Below, piece by piece: positions 63,420 to 64,000 of a DNA stretch of 64,000 bases. Where the stretch lies: positions 91,091 through 155,090 of the forward strand of contig DF237002.1 in the NCBI GenBank assembly GCA_000708835.1, written 5' to 3'. Positions within the stretch are counted from its first letter, which is position 1. Each line of letters starts with the position of its first letter. Both the position numbers and the translations under genes were made by a program. The notes under the pieces were generated by a model. The model ran no database searches and was not told where the DNA came from. It worked only from the letters and a program-made list of their open reading frames with translations. Source of the stretch: Klebsormidium nitens. Taxonomy: Eukaryota; Plantae; Klebsormidiophyceae.

Positions 63420-64000
63420 GCCAGCTGCGCCCAAGTTGGTTACCGCTTCCTGTCAGCGCTTTGCACACTCCCTCTTAGCTGCTACCTATCTCTCCCTAAG
63501 AGGTCAAGGTTTCTATGCTCTGTACCCTACAGAAACCTTTAAACTCCTAGATCTGAGCAAGCAAGACAGCTTTCCTCAACCTTTTTCAGGTTGCTCACTT
63601 TGACCTCTCCACTTTTTGGGGCGATTTCCCGCAGACACAAAGAGTCCCTTGCCGCAAACCACAAGCTGTCGCTCTCCTATGACCTTTTCCAAGGATGGCG
63701 GATGCGCTTTTCCTTGCACAGCTTCACTCTGGACAAAGAGTGAAGAGATCGAGGGAGGAGGAGGCACGGTCGGAAGCTTTGCGGGAGCAACTTCTGAGCC
63801 ACATTTCGCATGCGCGGTCAAGGGGACGCGTGTCATCTTGAGGGCGCTCACCCTTGACACCAGTTCGAAGCTGCGTGGCTGGGAGTCCAGAGAACCAGAT
63901 CTTTGTTGAGCCGTGCAATCGACTTCCTGGCGTCAAATTCGATCTCCGAGCATCTCTGTGGCGAGGAAGTCAACGATACGCGGTGTGTGGAGGTCCGGTT

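Overview
This is eukaryotic, intron-rich nuclear DNA with canonical GT-AG splicing. Gene content (RLCK-VII kinase, LSF2, GH17-X8, DUF3054, plant-type RNase H1) points to a streptophyte green alga or early-diverging plant. A Klebsormidium-like source is my inference, not a database result. I assembled 12 multi-exon genes by hand: an Aurora-like Ser/Thr kinase (-), a PBL/RLCK-VII kinase (-), a phytol/farnesol kinase (+), DPH2 (-), a GH17-X8-GPI beta-1,3-glucanase homologue (+), an unknown multi-pass membrane protein (-), a DUF3054 plastid membrane protein (-), an AT-hook/Lys-rich/HTH protein (-), a C57A10.07/YOR238W-like protein (-), a mitochondrial phosphate carrier (-), RNase H1 (+) and the glucan phosphatase LSF2 (-). 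Intergenic DNA holds several small inverted-repeat or palindromic elements that look like non-autonomous DNA transposon remnants. I saw no rRNA, tRNA or CRISPR array. Two observations stand out. First, the GH17-X8 protein has lost both catalytic glutamates and carries three 34-aa N-glycosylation-rich N-terminal repeats. Second, introns in several unrelated genes contain tandem, decaying copies of their own adjacent splice junctions, mostly about 120-150 bp apart. Exon boundaries were inferred manually and may be off by a few bases.
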